A DNA stretch of 64,000 bases from Verrucomicrobiaceae bacterium (GTDB lineage Bacteria; Verrucomicrobiota; Verrucomicrobiia; Verrucomicrobiales; Akkermansiaceae), in contig JBPOGH010000001.1 of NCBI GenBank assembly GCA_051252135.1, forward strand, positions 576,001 through 640,000. The letters are read 5' to 3'. The position numbers were made by a program, and so were the translations under genes. Below are positions 47,715 to 56,880 of this stretch, in pieces (positions within the stretch are counted from its first letter, which is position 1; every line of letters starts with the position of its first letter). Below the pieces are notes generated by a model. It was not told the DNA's origin. It did no database searches and saw nothing but the letters and a program-made list of their open reading frames with translations.

Positions 47715-48572
47715 CTAGGGTGAGGAAACTTTAACCCGATAGTAGTGCCTCGTATCAGCGGCTGGAGCGACCACCTCAAACACCAGGGGGCCTCCGGTTC
47801 CGTTAACGATGTTTCCGGTGTCGATCCATTGGGCGGGAGTGAGCCCGGCGCTGGACTGTATTTGGTAAAGCTGCCCGGGGTCGGAGGTGGGCACTCTGAA
47901 GCGAAACGTTCCCTCGTTAAATGAAGTGGAGTCGATAAGTGGAACGGCTACGGTCGGTTTCTCTACCGCTTCTGCGGTGGAAACTTCATCCAGATTGAAA
48001 ATCATGGAAGTTTCCGACAATGGGCTGAATGCAAACGACGTGAACGGCAGGTCCGTCGTAAACCCAATGAAACCATCCCCGTCTGTGGGTGTGAGAATCT
48101 CATCGAGATTGACCGACTCCCCTGTCGGAGTCGTTCCGTTAAACATGATGATGGTGAGCCCTTCTCCCACATCCACACTGGCAAAATCAGCCGCAAAGGC
48201 AGCTTGTGGGGCTGCAAAACGAAACTCGAGTGTCGACGTCCAGTCTGTGCCGGAGATATCAATTCCAAGATCGAGCGGAATATCGGTGCTGCTGTCGAAA
48301 GCGTAGTCAAAAAATGTGTCGTCCACTTCCCCTCTCGTCTCGTAGTATACACTGAAATTACCGAAAATATCAAAGGTATCCTTCCCGACCGGAATGTCGG
48401 TATCTTCCGTGTCGGTGCCATCAAAGGATTGGGTCAATATTGGCGCCGTTGTGACTTCCCCTACAGCCGCCGTCCAGGCGATCCGTGTGTCATAGAGTTT
48501 CAGCTCGGCATGACTGAAAGTCGTCGTCATCAGCAAGCCCGCTAGGGAAAGAGTGAGGGTGGGCGGTTTCAT
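47715..48572 (-). CDS. Secreted protein with shared C-terminal domain
   Basis: Signal peptide MKPPTLTL...SHA; beta-rich domain; ends 'PGQLYQIQSSAGL...W...HYYRVKV'. Confidence 0.8.
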   Translation of the reverse strand: MKPPTLTLSLAGLLMTTTFSHAELKLYDTRIAWTAAVGEVTTAPILTQSFDGTDTEDTDIPVGKDTFDIFGNFSVYYETRGEVDDTFFDYAFDSSTDIPLDLGIDISGTDWTSTLEFRFAAPQAAFAADFASVDVGEGLTIIMFNGTTPTGESVNLDEILTPTDGDGFIGFTTDLPFTSFAFSPLSETSMIFNLDEVSTAEAVEKPTVAVPLIDSTSFNEGTFRFRVPTSDPGQLYQIQSSAGLTPAQWIDTGNIVNGTGGPLVFEVVAPAADTRHYYRVKVSSP

Positions 48573-48761
48573 TGGTTGAAAAGTGATCTTTTTTGACGGC
48601 ATCCACCGCTCGGGCAGAATGAAGCTGGCTCCCATTGGCTCAATCCTTCTGAGCAAATCGCTCAATTGGAACTCGGTTCGTTCGGTTCGATTTCGTGAAA
48701 ATTTCATCTTCTCGCCGTGGTGATGATCGGAATGCTCCTGCCCGAAATGTTTCCTAACTCC

Positions 48762-49883
48762 CTATTTGAGACCGGCATACACCAGATACATCTCCCACAG
48801 CCGCCAGCCGCCGAAGACCCAGGTCAGGCCACCCAAGGCCAAAAACGGCCCGAATGGCAGCATTCGACCGAAGCCAATCCGCCCCAAAAATGCGGCCATC
48901 AACGTATAAATACACGATGCGAAAAGGGAAAAAAGAACCGCTTGCCACCCCAAAAATGCCCCGATCATCCCCAACAACGGAGGATCTCCCCCACCCATCA
49001 CCTCTCGCGGAATCACCACCAAATCCGCTTTTCCCTCCAGAGTATCAATCTCCGCAATCAGATGCTCCTTATCATCGAGCACGATCCGGTCGGTGAGAAT
49101 CACGACCCGCTTGGCCTGCGCCTTCTTGCCATTTAAAAGGATTTCCTGACCATCGATTTCGATCCGGTCCTTCTTACGATGGAACACATCGCTCCAATCG
49201 ATTTCCTCCTCCCCCACCACAAAACGCAGCTCCTCCTCATCATTCGTTGGCTCACGCAGCTTCCAGCTCTCGGCCTCGTCCTCAAATTTCATCCGGCGTT
49301 CTCCCAGGAAAAACTTCCCGATCAAGACGACCAGTCCCAGCCCGACCCAGCCCACCAGCATCCCCAACAGGGACTGTCCCCCTCCTGCCCAACTCGGTAT
49401 CGCAGGCACCGGAGATCCAAGAAACACCAGCGCCGGAGCCACCACCGCGCCAATCAGCCCGATCGCCATTCCCGCAAAGACCATATTAACCGGAATGATC
49501 ATATGCTCTGCATCGATGAACGAGATCACTACCAGCAACACGCACAGCGCCATCACAAAGAAGGCCGCTGGATACGGAACCGGCATCAACATCCACGCCG
49601 CGACAAACAGGCCCGCCGTAAGGGCTTCTACGAAGAAATAACGAAAGGCGATCGGAGCGCTACATTCCGCACACTTTCCCCGCTGCAGCAACCAGGTCAA
49701 CATCGGCAGGTTTCGATACCACGGGATATCCTTCTTACAATGCGGGCAAAACGATCGTTTTGGTTCAGAGACCTTCATCCCCAGCGGCACCCGGTAGATC
49801 ACCACATTGAGAAACGAACCGATGACCGCGCCAAACAAAAATGCCAGCACGGGCCAAATGGGGAGACCAGAGTATTCATCCAT
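48762..49883 (-). CDS. pilD: Prepilin peptidase (A24)
   Basis: 'GSFLNVVIYRVP...SFCPHC...GKCAEC...FIDAEH...MGGGD...LPFGPFLALG'. Confidence 0.95.
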   Translation of the reverse strand: MDEYSGLPIWPVLAFLFGAVIGSFLNVVIYRVPLGMKVSEPKRSFCPHCKKDIPWYRNLPMLTWLLQRGKCAECSAPIAFRYFFVEALTAGLFVAAWMLMPVPYPAAFFVMALCVLLVVISFIDAEHMIIPVNMVFAGMAIGLIGAVVAPALVFLGSPVPAIPSWAGGGQSLLGMLVGWVGLGLVVLIGKFFLGERRMKFEDEAESWKLREPTNDEEELRFVVGEEEIDWSDVFHRKKDRIEIDGQEILLNGKKAQAKRVVILTDRIVLDDKEHLIAEIDTLEGKADLVVIPREVMGGGDPPLLGMIGAFLGWQAVLFSLFASCIYTLMAAFLGRIGFGRMLPFGPFLALGGLTWVFGGWRLWEMYLVYAGLK

Positions 49884-49992
49884 GTCACATCATCTTATCC
49901 GACTAAACCCTTTAGTAAAATAAGATTTTAAGATCCTTTAACCTTCTCGCGAGAAGGCCATTGGAATCCACCCCCCAACCAATCCCCTTTCT

Positions 49993-51585
49993 TTAGTTCC
50001 CCGTGAAATAATTGGGCGGCACGTGAACGACTGTGGTCGCCTGGATGTTGTGCCCGCCTCCACTGAAGAACGAACCGATCAAATAGCCGCCGTTCGAAAC
50101 ACTGAGGTTTCCCTCGGGCGTGAAAACCGCCCCGAACCAGTTACATGAGGATCCTAGCGAAAAATCGCTGGTAGACTCCCAATAAACCCTCGCCGCAAGG
50201 AAGGGATCGACCGAAGCGTCGGTCATCGACACATAATTCGTTCCATTGGTCGAAACGAGGACGTTCAGGTCCCTACCGATGTCGATATCCCCCTCGACAA
50301 AGATCCGGATATCGTGAGTTCCGGAAAGGTCCAGACGGAGCGTCATGTTTCCCCCCAATGAAAAGCTATCGAAGTAGTAATTCCCATGCCCTGTCGATCC
50401 GGCATTGAGAGTCAATTGGCTGTTTGATGCGTTATTCACCGTCGAAAGATGGCCATGACCGCCAGGCGCCAGAGCCACCGATTGATTTTTTTTCACATTC
50501 ACACTGGAACCGCCGGCCGTAAACTCGGTGGCAGCCGGGAGATCCAGATTCTCAAGGTTTGTGAGGTCGGGGCACACCGGCGCTTTCACATAGGTGGGAG
50601 AATTCGGAACCACCGCCCCGGTGATCGAGCCGTTACTGATGGTGCCACCGGCATAGGCGTTCCCATAGATTGTTCCACTGCCCATCACAATCGACCCTCC
50701 GGCGTAAACATTCCCGTAAATCTTGGTGGAACCGCTGAGATAGATATCACCGGTGGCCCGAACTTCGACTGGCTCGGCGGCCGTGCCAATGGACGCACTG
50801 CCGGAGAGAGATACGTTTCCATTACAGGCATGGACATGGCCTGCAACTTGGGATTTTCCCTGCAAAAAAATGGAGCTTTGGGAAAAAAGCCAGCCTCCGA
50901 ACACCGTACTCTGCGCACTTCCAAGCGTGATGGTCCCGTTCGCATGAATATCGCCGGTTACGTGCCCGGTCTTGATGTCCACAAAACCCGACCCAAAGAT
51001 GTCTCCAGTGACAGTTCCTTGGCCGGTGAATTCAATATTCCGAGCCAGGACGTTTCCTTCCACATCTCCTTTGATGTCAACATCCGCGCCCGAGATCGCG
51101 ACATCACCCCGGATGATGGTATTATTCCCGAGAGAAATCCCGACCTCACCGAAAATCGCAAATTGGTCCATGTTCTGCGCTTCAACCTCAGGGTCGACTC
51201 CGCACAGACTTAAAGGCATCGGGACGCGGGCCCGCGCTTCCTTCGGAGTGTCCTCATCCACAATGGATGTCGCCCAGAAGGTGTTGACGAGACGAACAAC
51301 TTCCACTTTTTCCCCTCCATCGAGTCTCAAAGTGCGCTCCCGTCCGTGCCTCCAACCATCCTCGCAGTAAATGGTCTGGGCATAACGCAATCCTGATTCG
51401 GCCAGATAATAGGCCCGGGCGTTGGAGTTCGCACTGAGGTAGCTCTGCTCCGAACTCCGCGTTAAAGAGATGATTGATACCCCGATAACACCCATGATCA
51501 ACATGACTGCGATCATGCTGACCAGAACCCCTCCCTTTCGGATGGATCGGAGGCTACGGATTGAGGGAGAACGTTCAGCAGTCAT
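49993..51585 (-). CDS. PilX-like minor pilin fused to beta-helical adhesin-like domains
   Basis: 'KGGVLVSMIAVMLIMG...ARAYYLAESGLRYA'; repeated 'GDI.A.G.I.L' beta-helix units. Confidence 0.75.
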   Translation of the reverse strand: MTAERSPSIRSLRSIRKGGVLVSMIAVMLIMGVIGVSIISLTRSSEQSYLSANSNARAYYLAESGLRYAQTIYCEDGWRHGRERTLRLDGGEKVEVVRLVNTFWATSIVDEDTPKEARARVPMPLSLCGVDPEVEAQNMDQFAIFGEVGISLGNNTIIRGDVAISGADVDIKGDVEGNVLARNIEFTGQGTVTGDIFGSGFVDIKTGHVTGDIHANGTITLGSAQSTVFGGWLFSQSSIFLQGKSQVAGHVHACNGNVSLSGSASIGTAAEPVEVRATGDIYLSGSTKIYGNVYAGGSIVMGSGTIYGNAYAGGTISNGSITGAVVPNSPTYVKAPVCPDLTNLENLDLPAATEFTAGGSSVNVKKNQSVALAPGGHGHLSTVNNASNSQLTLNAGSTGHGNYYFDSFSLGGNMTLRLDLSGTHDIRIFVEGDIDIGRDLNVLVSTNGTNYVSMTDASVDPFLAARVYWESTSDFSLGSSCNWFGAVFTPEGNLSVSNGGYLIGSFFSGGGHNIQATTVVHVPPNYFTGN

Positions 51586-51700
51586 AAAATAAGTTTATCG
51601 ATTGGAAATCTTAAGGAAAAAACAGCCACATAACACCACCAAATGACTGTGAATCAACCGCCTTCCGGATTGAGCAGAGGCGGATTTCAATGGCGATTCG

Positions 51701-52180
51701 TTACAAATCATATCGGGGATGAATGATCATGGTGTGTGCGAGGCTGTCACTTTTGCGCGTTTTTAGGGTGATCGTGATGGAACCGGCTGTCGAGGACACC
51801 GTGAAGAGGCTGACGTTATCCAGCAAAACCGCACCCTGATACTCCGTTGTGGAAAATTCGAGATCGGATCCGGAGGTGCCATCCCACGTGACGGACCCCA
51901 ATTCGCCCAGGCGATCGGGATGACGGGACACCCAATGGATCGTTCGACCGTTGGGGACCTCCACGGTGCCAACTCCTGCAAAAGTCAGCTCCTTGACCAG
52001 TCGATTCATCGCAATCTGAATTTTCTGCGAGTCCACCGCAGCATTCTTACTGTCAACGTATACCTTGGTGGAAGTTTCCAGCAACAGGGCGGCAAATACC
52101 AACACAATCCCGGACAGGATCATTGTGGCCACCATCTCGATGAGGGTGAAGCCGGCTCGATTCCGGCAATGGATTTTCAT
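51701..52180 (-). CDS. Minor pilin (PilW/MshO-like)
   Basis: 'AGFTLIEMVATMILSGI...AMNRLVKEL...IHPR'. Confidence 0.8.
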   Translation of the reverse strand: MKIHCRNRAGFTLIEMVATMILSGIVLVFAALLLETSTKVYVDSKNAAVDSQKIQIAMNRLVKELTFAGVGTVEVPNGRTIHWVSRHPDRLGELGSVTWDGTSGSDLEFSTTEYQGAVLLDNVSLFTVSSTAGSITITLKTRKSDSLAHTMIIHPRYDL

Positions 52181-52190
52181 GACATTAAGG

Positions 52191-52634
52191 TTAGGGAATA
52201 GGGAAGAAATAGGCAGTGAGACGCTCCCCTTGGCTGTTGCCCAAGGTGACCCGCAAGCAATTATGGGTCCCTGAAGGAGGGGTGAATTCGTGCCCACCGG
52301 GGTTGAAATCGACCCAATCGTTGGAAATTAGAGTATAAGGCGGAGGTGGATCCGCTTCGGCGGCCTCCGCGAGCGCAACGGATAAGGCCGGAAGATCGGT
52401 CGGGTCGGTCGTGCGATAATAATGCCAAATTGCATCCATTTCCGTCCGCAGACTATGGGCTTCCGGCAATCTCATCTTGGCGCGCCTGCTCCCCTCAAGA
52501 CCGGAACCGATCAGCGGGAGCATCAAAGCCATCAGGACTGCGGATAACGTGAGCGTGGCAATCACCTCAATCAGAGTGAATCCGTATCGGCGGTGAAAGT
52601 GCGCTGGCTGGGTCATGTGAAATGTCGATTTCAT
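52191..52634 (-). CDS. Minor pilin (PilV/MshD-like)
   Basis: 'YGFTLIEVIATLTLSAVL'; ATGA overlap with the upstream gene. Confidence 0.8.
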   Translation of the reverse strand: MKSTFHMTQPAHFHRRYGFTLIEVIATLTLSAVLMALMLPLIGSGLEGSRRAKMRLPEAHSLRTEMDAIWHYYRTTDPTDLPALSVALAEAAEADPPPPYTLISNDWVDFNPGGHEFTPPSGTHNCLRVTLGNSQGERLTAYFFPIP

Positions 52635-53119
52635 TCGATCAATCCGGTTTCGGCTTGAATGGTGATAATTTGAGTGAGCCCTCCGCCGGTCAGGATGATC
52701 GTCTGGTCCGTGGTCCGGAGAGTGCCGAAATCGGTCAACGGCCTCCCCCAGGAATCAAAACGAATGACAGTCCCGGAAGTCGTCGTAACACCCTCCGAAA
52801 GAACGCCTTCAGTTGAATCGGTTCCGGGAATCGTTCCGGGAGTAAAACCACGGCCGGTAACCACCATGGGACCGATCTCGTAGGTTGTCGTGTCAGTGAA
52901 AATCACGCGCCATTGATAGGTATCGGACTGCGCCCGGAGTTGGGCGTAGCGCAAATGGGAGCTCAGTCGATCCGCCTCTTTTGTCAAATTGACCGTCGAT
53001 CCGGGCAAAATGCTCATCACGATCGCTGCCAGAATCCCCATGAGAATGAGAACAGTCAGGATTTCAAACAAGGTAAAGCCTCTGTGGCGTTGGGCCGCAG
53101 GTGATTTCAAATAAGTCAT
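52631..53119 (-). CDS. Minor pilin (FimU/GspH/MshC-like)
   Basis: 'RGFTLFEILTVLILMGILAA...LSSHLRYAQLRA...IRFDSWGRP...ITIQAETGLI'. Confidence 0.85.
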   Translation of the reverse strand: MTYLKSPAAQRHRGFTLFEILTVLILMGILAAIVMSILPGSTVNLTKEADRLSSHLRYAQLRAQSDTYQWRVIFTDTTTYEIGPMVVTGRGFTPGTIPGTDSTEGVLSEGVTTTSGTVIRFDSWGRPLTDFGTLRTTDQTIILTGGGLTQIITIQAETGLIE

Positions 53120-53141
53120 TTTACGGGATCCGTTCTGGGCG

Positions 53142-53181
53142 AAAAACTAAAAAGGCCGAGTTCACAGCAGTGAACTCGGCC
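53142..53181 (-). terminator. Strong intrinsic terminator after major pilin
   Basis: Perfect 12-bp stem GGCCGAGTTCAC/GTGAACTCGGCC, followed by TTTTTAGTTTTT on the minus strand. Confidence 0.88.
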
Positions 53182-53216
53182 AATATTAGATTAGATTACC
53201 TAATCAGGGAAGGTCC

Positions 53217-53621
53217 TTATTTAGACCAACTTCCTGGTGAGGTAGCAGTCGATGCCGTGCGGGTCAAAGCCACACCGGTATCGCTCTGAAAGCTGATGGT
53301 AGCTCCAGATGCAGTTGCAGCAACCGTGTAGGAGTAATCGCTTCCAAGGGTCGTGTCCATTGCTGCGAAGGTCGTAGCATCGTCAGTCCAACCACCGGTA
53401 GCCAGTGATTCGTCGCCCCAAGTGAGAGCCTCACGGCCATTCAGCTCGGAAACAGCAGCATCGATGGCCCGTGCTTTGGCAGCAGTGGACATGTCAACAT
53501 ACTTAGGCACTGCGACAGCAGCGAGGATGCCGAGGAGAACGAGAACGGCGATGACCTCAATCAAGGTGAATCCATTCTTCTTCTTCTTGGCCTGGCTTGT
53601 TACTTTGGTGTTAGTTTTCAT
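53217..53621 (-). CDS. Major type IV pilin (MshA/PilA-like)
   Basis: 'NGFTLIEVIAVLVLLGILAAVAVPKY'; has its own promoter and terminator. Confidence 0.9.
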   Translation of the reverse strand: MKTNTKVTSQAKKKKNGFTLIEVIAVLVLLGILAAVAVPKYVDMSTAAKARAIDAAVSELNGREALTWGDESLATGGWTDDATTFAAMDTTLGSDYSYTVAATASGATISFQSDTGVALTRTASTATSPGSWSK

Positions 53622-53772
53622 TTTGGGTGTTTTTGGTTTTTGGTTTTTTTTTCTGTTGCCTGAATCGGACGAGACATTGCTGCCGACTCCTTGGAGATTT
53701 TTCTTTTTAACTCAGCTTTTACTTTTTGGTTTGGCTTATTGTTTTGGGGCTCTGATTCCCGACTGCGCTTGA

Positions 53773-53801
53773 TATTTAATTTAAAATACCTGTAACGTCA
53801 A
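53773..53801 (-). promoter_or_regulatory. Candidate sigma70 promoter of major pilin
   Basis: TTGACG-N17-TAAATA on the minus strand with an AT-rich upstream tract. Confidence 0.5.
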
Positions 53802-54411
53802 CATCGTTTTGAACTTTTTTTCAAAAAAATTGAACATGTTGTTACCGAAGGGGTCTGATGCTTCTCAAAAAAGTCGCTTTTACTACGCCGCTGTAGGTCT
53901 GCGGGCTACTCGTGGTGATAGGCTCTTACACATTCCACATCCCGATTTCTTCGGACGTTGGTGAGACCAAGGTTCAAATTCCTCATTGAGCCTTCCCCCG
54001 GGGACTCGCCCAGCATGCACTTTCCTCCCCTGCTCACTCGGGTTTGCAAGCACCCCACTCTTCGATTGGTTTTGAGCTGACCACTTTCCCATGAAAGGAG
54101 AATCAATCCAAACGCCCCGACTCTTCTTGGTTCGCTCAAACACTTTAGCTGCCGTGGTGGTGGCGGCTCACACATATTGCCCTTCGATCACCTCGGGCTT
54201 GGCGAGGAACCGATCTGAAATCTAATTGGCCCCGCTTGACGAATCGTGCCGAACACTAGGCCGAACTCCCTCCCCGCTCGCTCTCATTCAGATGAACCCG
54301 GTTTGTTAATTATATTGAGCTGATCACTTTCCCGCAAAAGGAAGGTCGCTTCAATGGCCTTCCTTTTCCAGGTTCGCCGAAACATGAACGCTACCGTAGT
54401 GGTAACACTAC

Positions 54412-55563
54412 CTAAAACCCTGACTCATCATCTTCGCTTTCCATCTTCTCGGGCTTGGCAACAGCCAAGCCGGGAACCGAAAAGGAAAAATTCGTGGCCT
54501 TGAGGTAGTCCTGCAGCATGGTTGGCCGATTGGCCTCACCCAAGGCGACTTCTTCAGTAATGAGGCCCTGACGGACTTTAGCTGCGAGAGAAAGCTCAAG
54601 TGGACACATGCCAACGTTGATCCCGCCAGTCAATGAGTTGTAAAGTTGGTGGGAATTCCCTTCCCGGATCATCGTCCTTACAGCCGGAGTCGCGAGCAAG
54701 ATTTCGCGAGCGGCGACCCGTCCCGTCCCGGAGGCAAGTGGCAGAAGCACTTGGGTCACGATGCCCTGGAGGACCGAGGCAAGCTGAGCGCGCACCAAGG
54801 CTTGTTGCGAAGCGGGGAAGACGTCAATGATGCGATCGACCGTCTGTGAAGTGTCACTGGTGTGCAAGGTGGAGAAGACGAGGTGTCCCGTCTCACTGGC
54901 TGTCAGGGCAAGATGGATGGTCTCCAGGTCACGCATCTCACCCACTAGGATGACGTCCGGGTCATCACGGAGGGCGGACTTTAGCGCTGGACCAAAACCG
55001 TGCGTGTGCATGCCCAGTTCGCGCTGGGTAATGCAGGATTCCTTTTCTTCATAAGTATACTCGATGGGATCCTCCACCGTCAGGATATGCTTCGGGCTGC
55101 GTTGGTTGATCAGGTCGATCAGGCAAGCCATCGTCGTTGATTTACCAGTTCCCGTTGCTCCTGTAAAAAGAACCAGACCGCGTGGGACCTTGGAAAAGCG
55201 GTAGATCGATTCCTCCATGGTGAGCTGCTCAGGCGTTGGGATGACGCTGGAAATGATGCGGAAGACCGCGGCGAGGCCCCGTTGCTGTCGATGGATATTG
55301 ACGCGGAAACGGGTGCGCCCACTGGGAAGGTCGAGGGAGTGGCTGATATCGATCTCGAGTTTATCTTCGAGCGCATCCATCTGTTTTTCATTCAGCATGC
55401 TGAAGATCACCTCCTCACACTCCGCGGGACTGAGAGGTTCATATTCTTTATTCAGGGCCCGAAGCGCTCCATCAACTCGAAATGCCGGGCTTCGCTCAGG
55501 GGCCAGGTGCACGTCGGAGACTCGTCGCTGGACAGCCAGTTCCATTAATTCAGGTAAATTCAA
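54412..55563 (-). CDS. pilT: Type IV pilus retraction ATPase
   Basis: 'SDVHL...GATGTGKSTT...EDPIEY...ALRDDPDVILVGEMRDLET...ETGHLVFSTLHT...AVRTMIRE'. Confidence 0.92.
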   Translation of the reverse strand: MNLPELMELAVQRRVSDVHLAPERSPAFRVDGALRALNKEYEPLSPAECEEVIFSMLNEKQMDALEDKLEIDISHSLDLPSGRTRFRVNIHRQQRGLAAVFRIISSVIPTPEQLTMEESIYRFSKVPRGLVLFTGATGTGKSTTMACLIDLINQRSPKHILTVEDPIEYTYEEKESCITQRELGMHTHGFGPALKSALRDDPDVILVGEMRDLETIHLALTASETGHLVFSTLHTSDTSQTVDRIIDVFPASQQALVRAQLASVLQGIVTQVLLPLASGTGRVAAREILLATPAVRTMIREGNSHQLYNSLTGGINVGMCPLELSLAAKVRQGLITEEVALGEANRPTMLQDYLKATNFSFSVPGLAVAKPEKMESEDDESGF

Positions 55564-55584
55564 GGTATCGGGAGGGGGTGTTTA

Positions 55585-56814
55585 CTATTTTTTAGTAGCC
55601 ATCTGGGTCATGTCCCACATGGGCAAATAGATGGCCAAAGCGAAGAAACCGACAACGGCAGTCAGGGAAACAATCAGAATGGGGCCGATCGCATCCGTCA
55701 TCTTCTTGATGGTGTAGCTGATTTCCTGGTCGTAATGCTCGGAAACATGTCGAAGCATCTCGTCGAGACGACCGGATTCCTCACCGATCCTGACCATATT
55801 AACCAGCATGGGGGGAAAGTATCCGCATGAGCCAAGCGGACCGGAAATACCGTGGCCTTCTTCCATCAGCTCAGTGATTTCCTCGAATTCAGCAGCAATG
55901 GCGGCATTGCCGACGGTCGCTTCAAGGATTCTCAGGGATTCAAGAACAAGGACGCCGCTCGACTGAAGGAGGGAGAAAATGCTGGCAAAACGGGACATCG
56001 ACGCCTTGATCACGACAGGCCCGATCAGCGGAATTTTTAGCAAAAAGCGATCACGGGCTAAAATGCCCTGCTCCGTCTTGTTAAAGTAGCGATGATACGA
56101 CACCCCACCGATGATCACGGCTAAAAGCATAAAAATCCCGTAGCTCATGAGCATATCGCTCATCCACATGCAGAGACGTGTTGGCGCAGGCAGCTCAAGG
56201 GAGGCTCCAGCGAAGAAGGCCGCAAATCGAGGGATGACGAAGCCCACCATGACAAGGAAAGCCCCTCCGAGAACGACAACAACGATCTGCGGGTAGCGCA
56301 TTGCGGATTTGATCTCCCCTTCCACCTTGGCCTCGTGCTCAATCAGGTAGAGCAATCTGTCAAGAACCTCTGGAAGCGTTCCGGCCGTCTCCCCTGCTTC
56401 GACCATGCTACTAAAGAGGGTCGAAAAAACATCGTCGTGCTTCGCTGCAGCAGCAGAAAGGCTCATCCCGCCTTCAATGTCATCCTTGATGATGCCCGCG
56501 AGTCGACGAAGGCGCGGTTGTTCTGTCTGCTCTTTTAGGATTCCAAAAGCCTGCGTCATCGGGATGCCGACCCGAATCATGGTGACAAGTTGTTTCGTAA
56601 AGACGATCAGCTCTGTTGGAGGGACCTTGGCATAGTGAGTCTTCCAGCGGGCTAAAATGCCGCCTTCGGCATTGTCTCCGGCAGCTTTGAGATCGATCGG
56701 GATGAGATCCGATTCGGCAAGACGGGTCAACGCATCCTCAAATGTCTCGGCGGTGAGCGTTCCAATTTTTATTTTTCCCGCCGTATCAGATGCTTTGTAA
56801 CTAAATTCAGCCAT
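55585..56814 (-). CDS. pilC: Platform protein PilC/GspF
   Basis: 'FTKQLVTMIRVG...MVEAGETAGTL...AMRYP...MVRIGEESGRLDEML...AIYLPMW'. Confidence 0.93.
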   Translation of the reverse strand: MAEFSYKASDTAGKIKIGTLTAETFEDALTRLAESDLIPIDLKAAGDNAEGGILARWKTHYAKVPPTELIVFTKQLVTMIRVGIPMTQAFGILKEQTEQPRLRRLAGIIKDDIEGGMSLSAAAAKHDDVFSTLFSSMVEAGETAGTLPEVLDRLLYLIEHEAKVEGEIKSAMRYPQIVVVVLGGAFLVMVGFVIPRFAAFFAGASLELPAPTRLCMWMSDMLMSYGIFMLLAVIIGGVSYHRYFNKTEQGILARDRFLLKIPLIGPVVIKASMSRFASIFSLLQSSGVLVLESLRILEATVGNAAIAAEFEEITELMEEGHGISGPLGSCGYFPPMLVNMVRIGEESGRLDEMLRHVSEHYDQEISYTIKKMTDAIGPILIVSLTAVVGFFALAIYLPMWDMTQMATKK

Positions 56815-56880
56815 GGTGACTACCTCTTTCAGCGTATAATCACCTGAACCCGAAGGAAAAGCTATCTGAATTATTAATTT

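Noticed and set aside
53217..53621. Conductive e-pilin
   Set aside because: The mature pilin has 9 aromatic residues in 117 (about 7.7%) and a 26-residue aromatic-free gap between Y24 and W51, which is weak compared with Geobacter-type e-pilins.
53622..54411. c-di-GMP riboswitch or sigma54 promoter upstream of the pilin
   Set aside because: No GEMM core was recognised. The GGCACG at ~54250(-) lacks GC at the -12 position.
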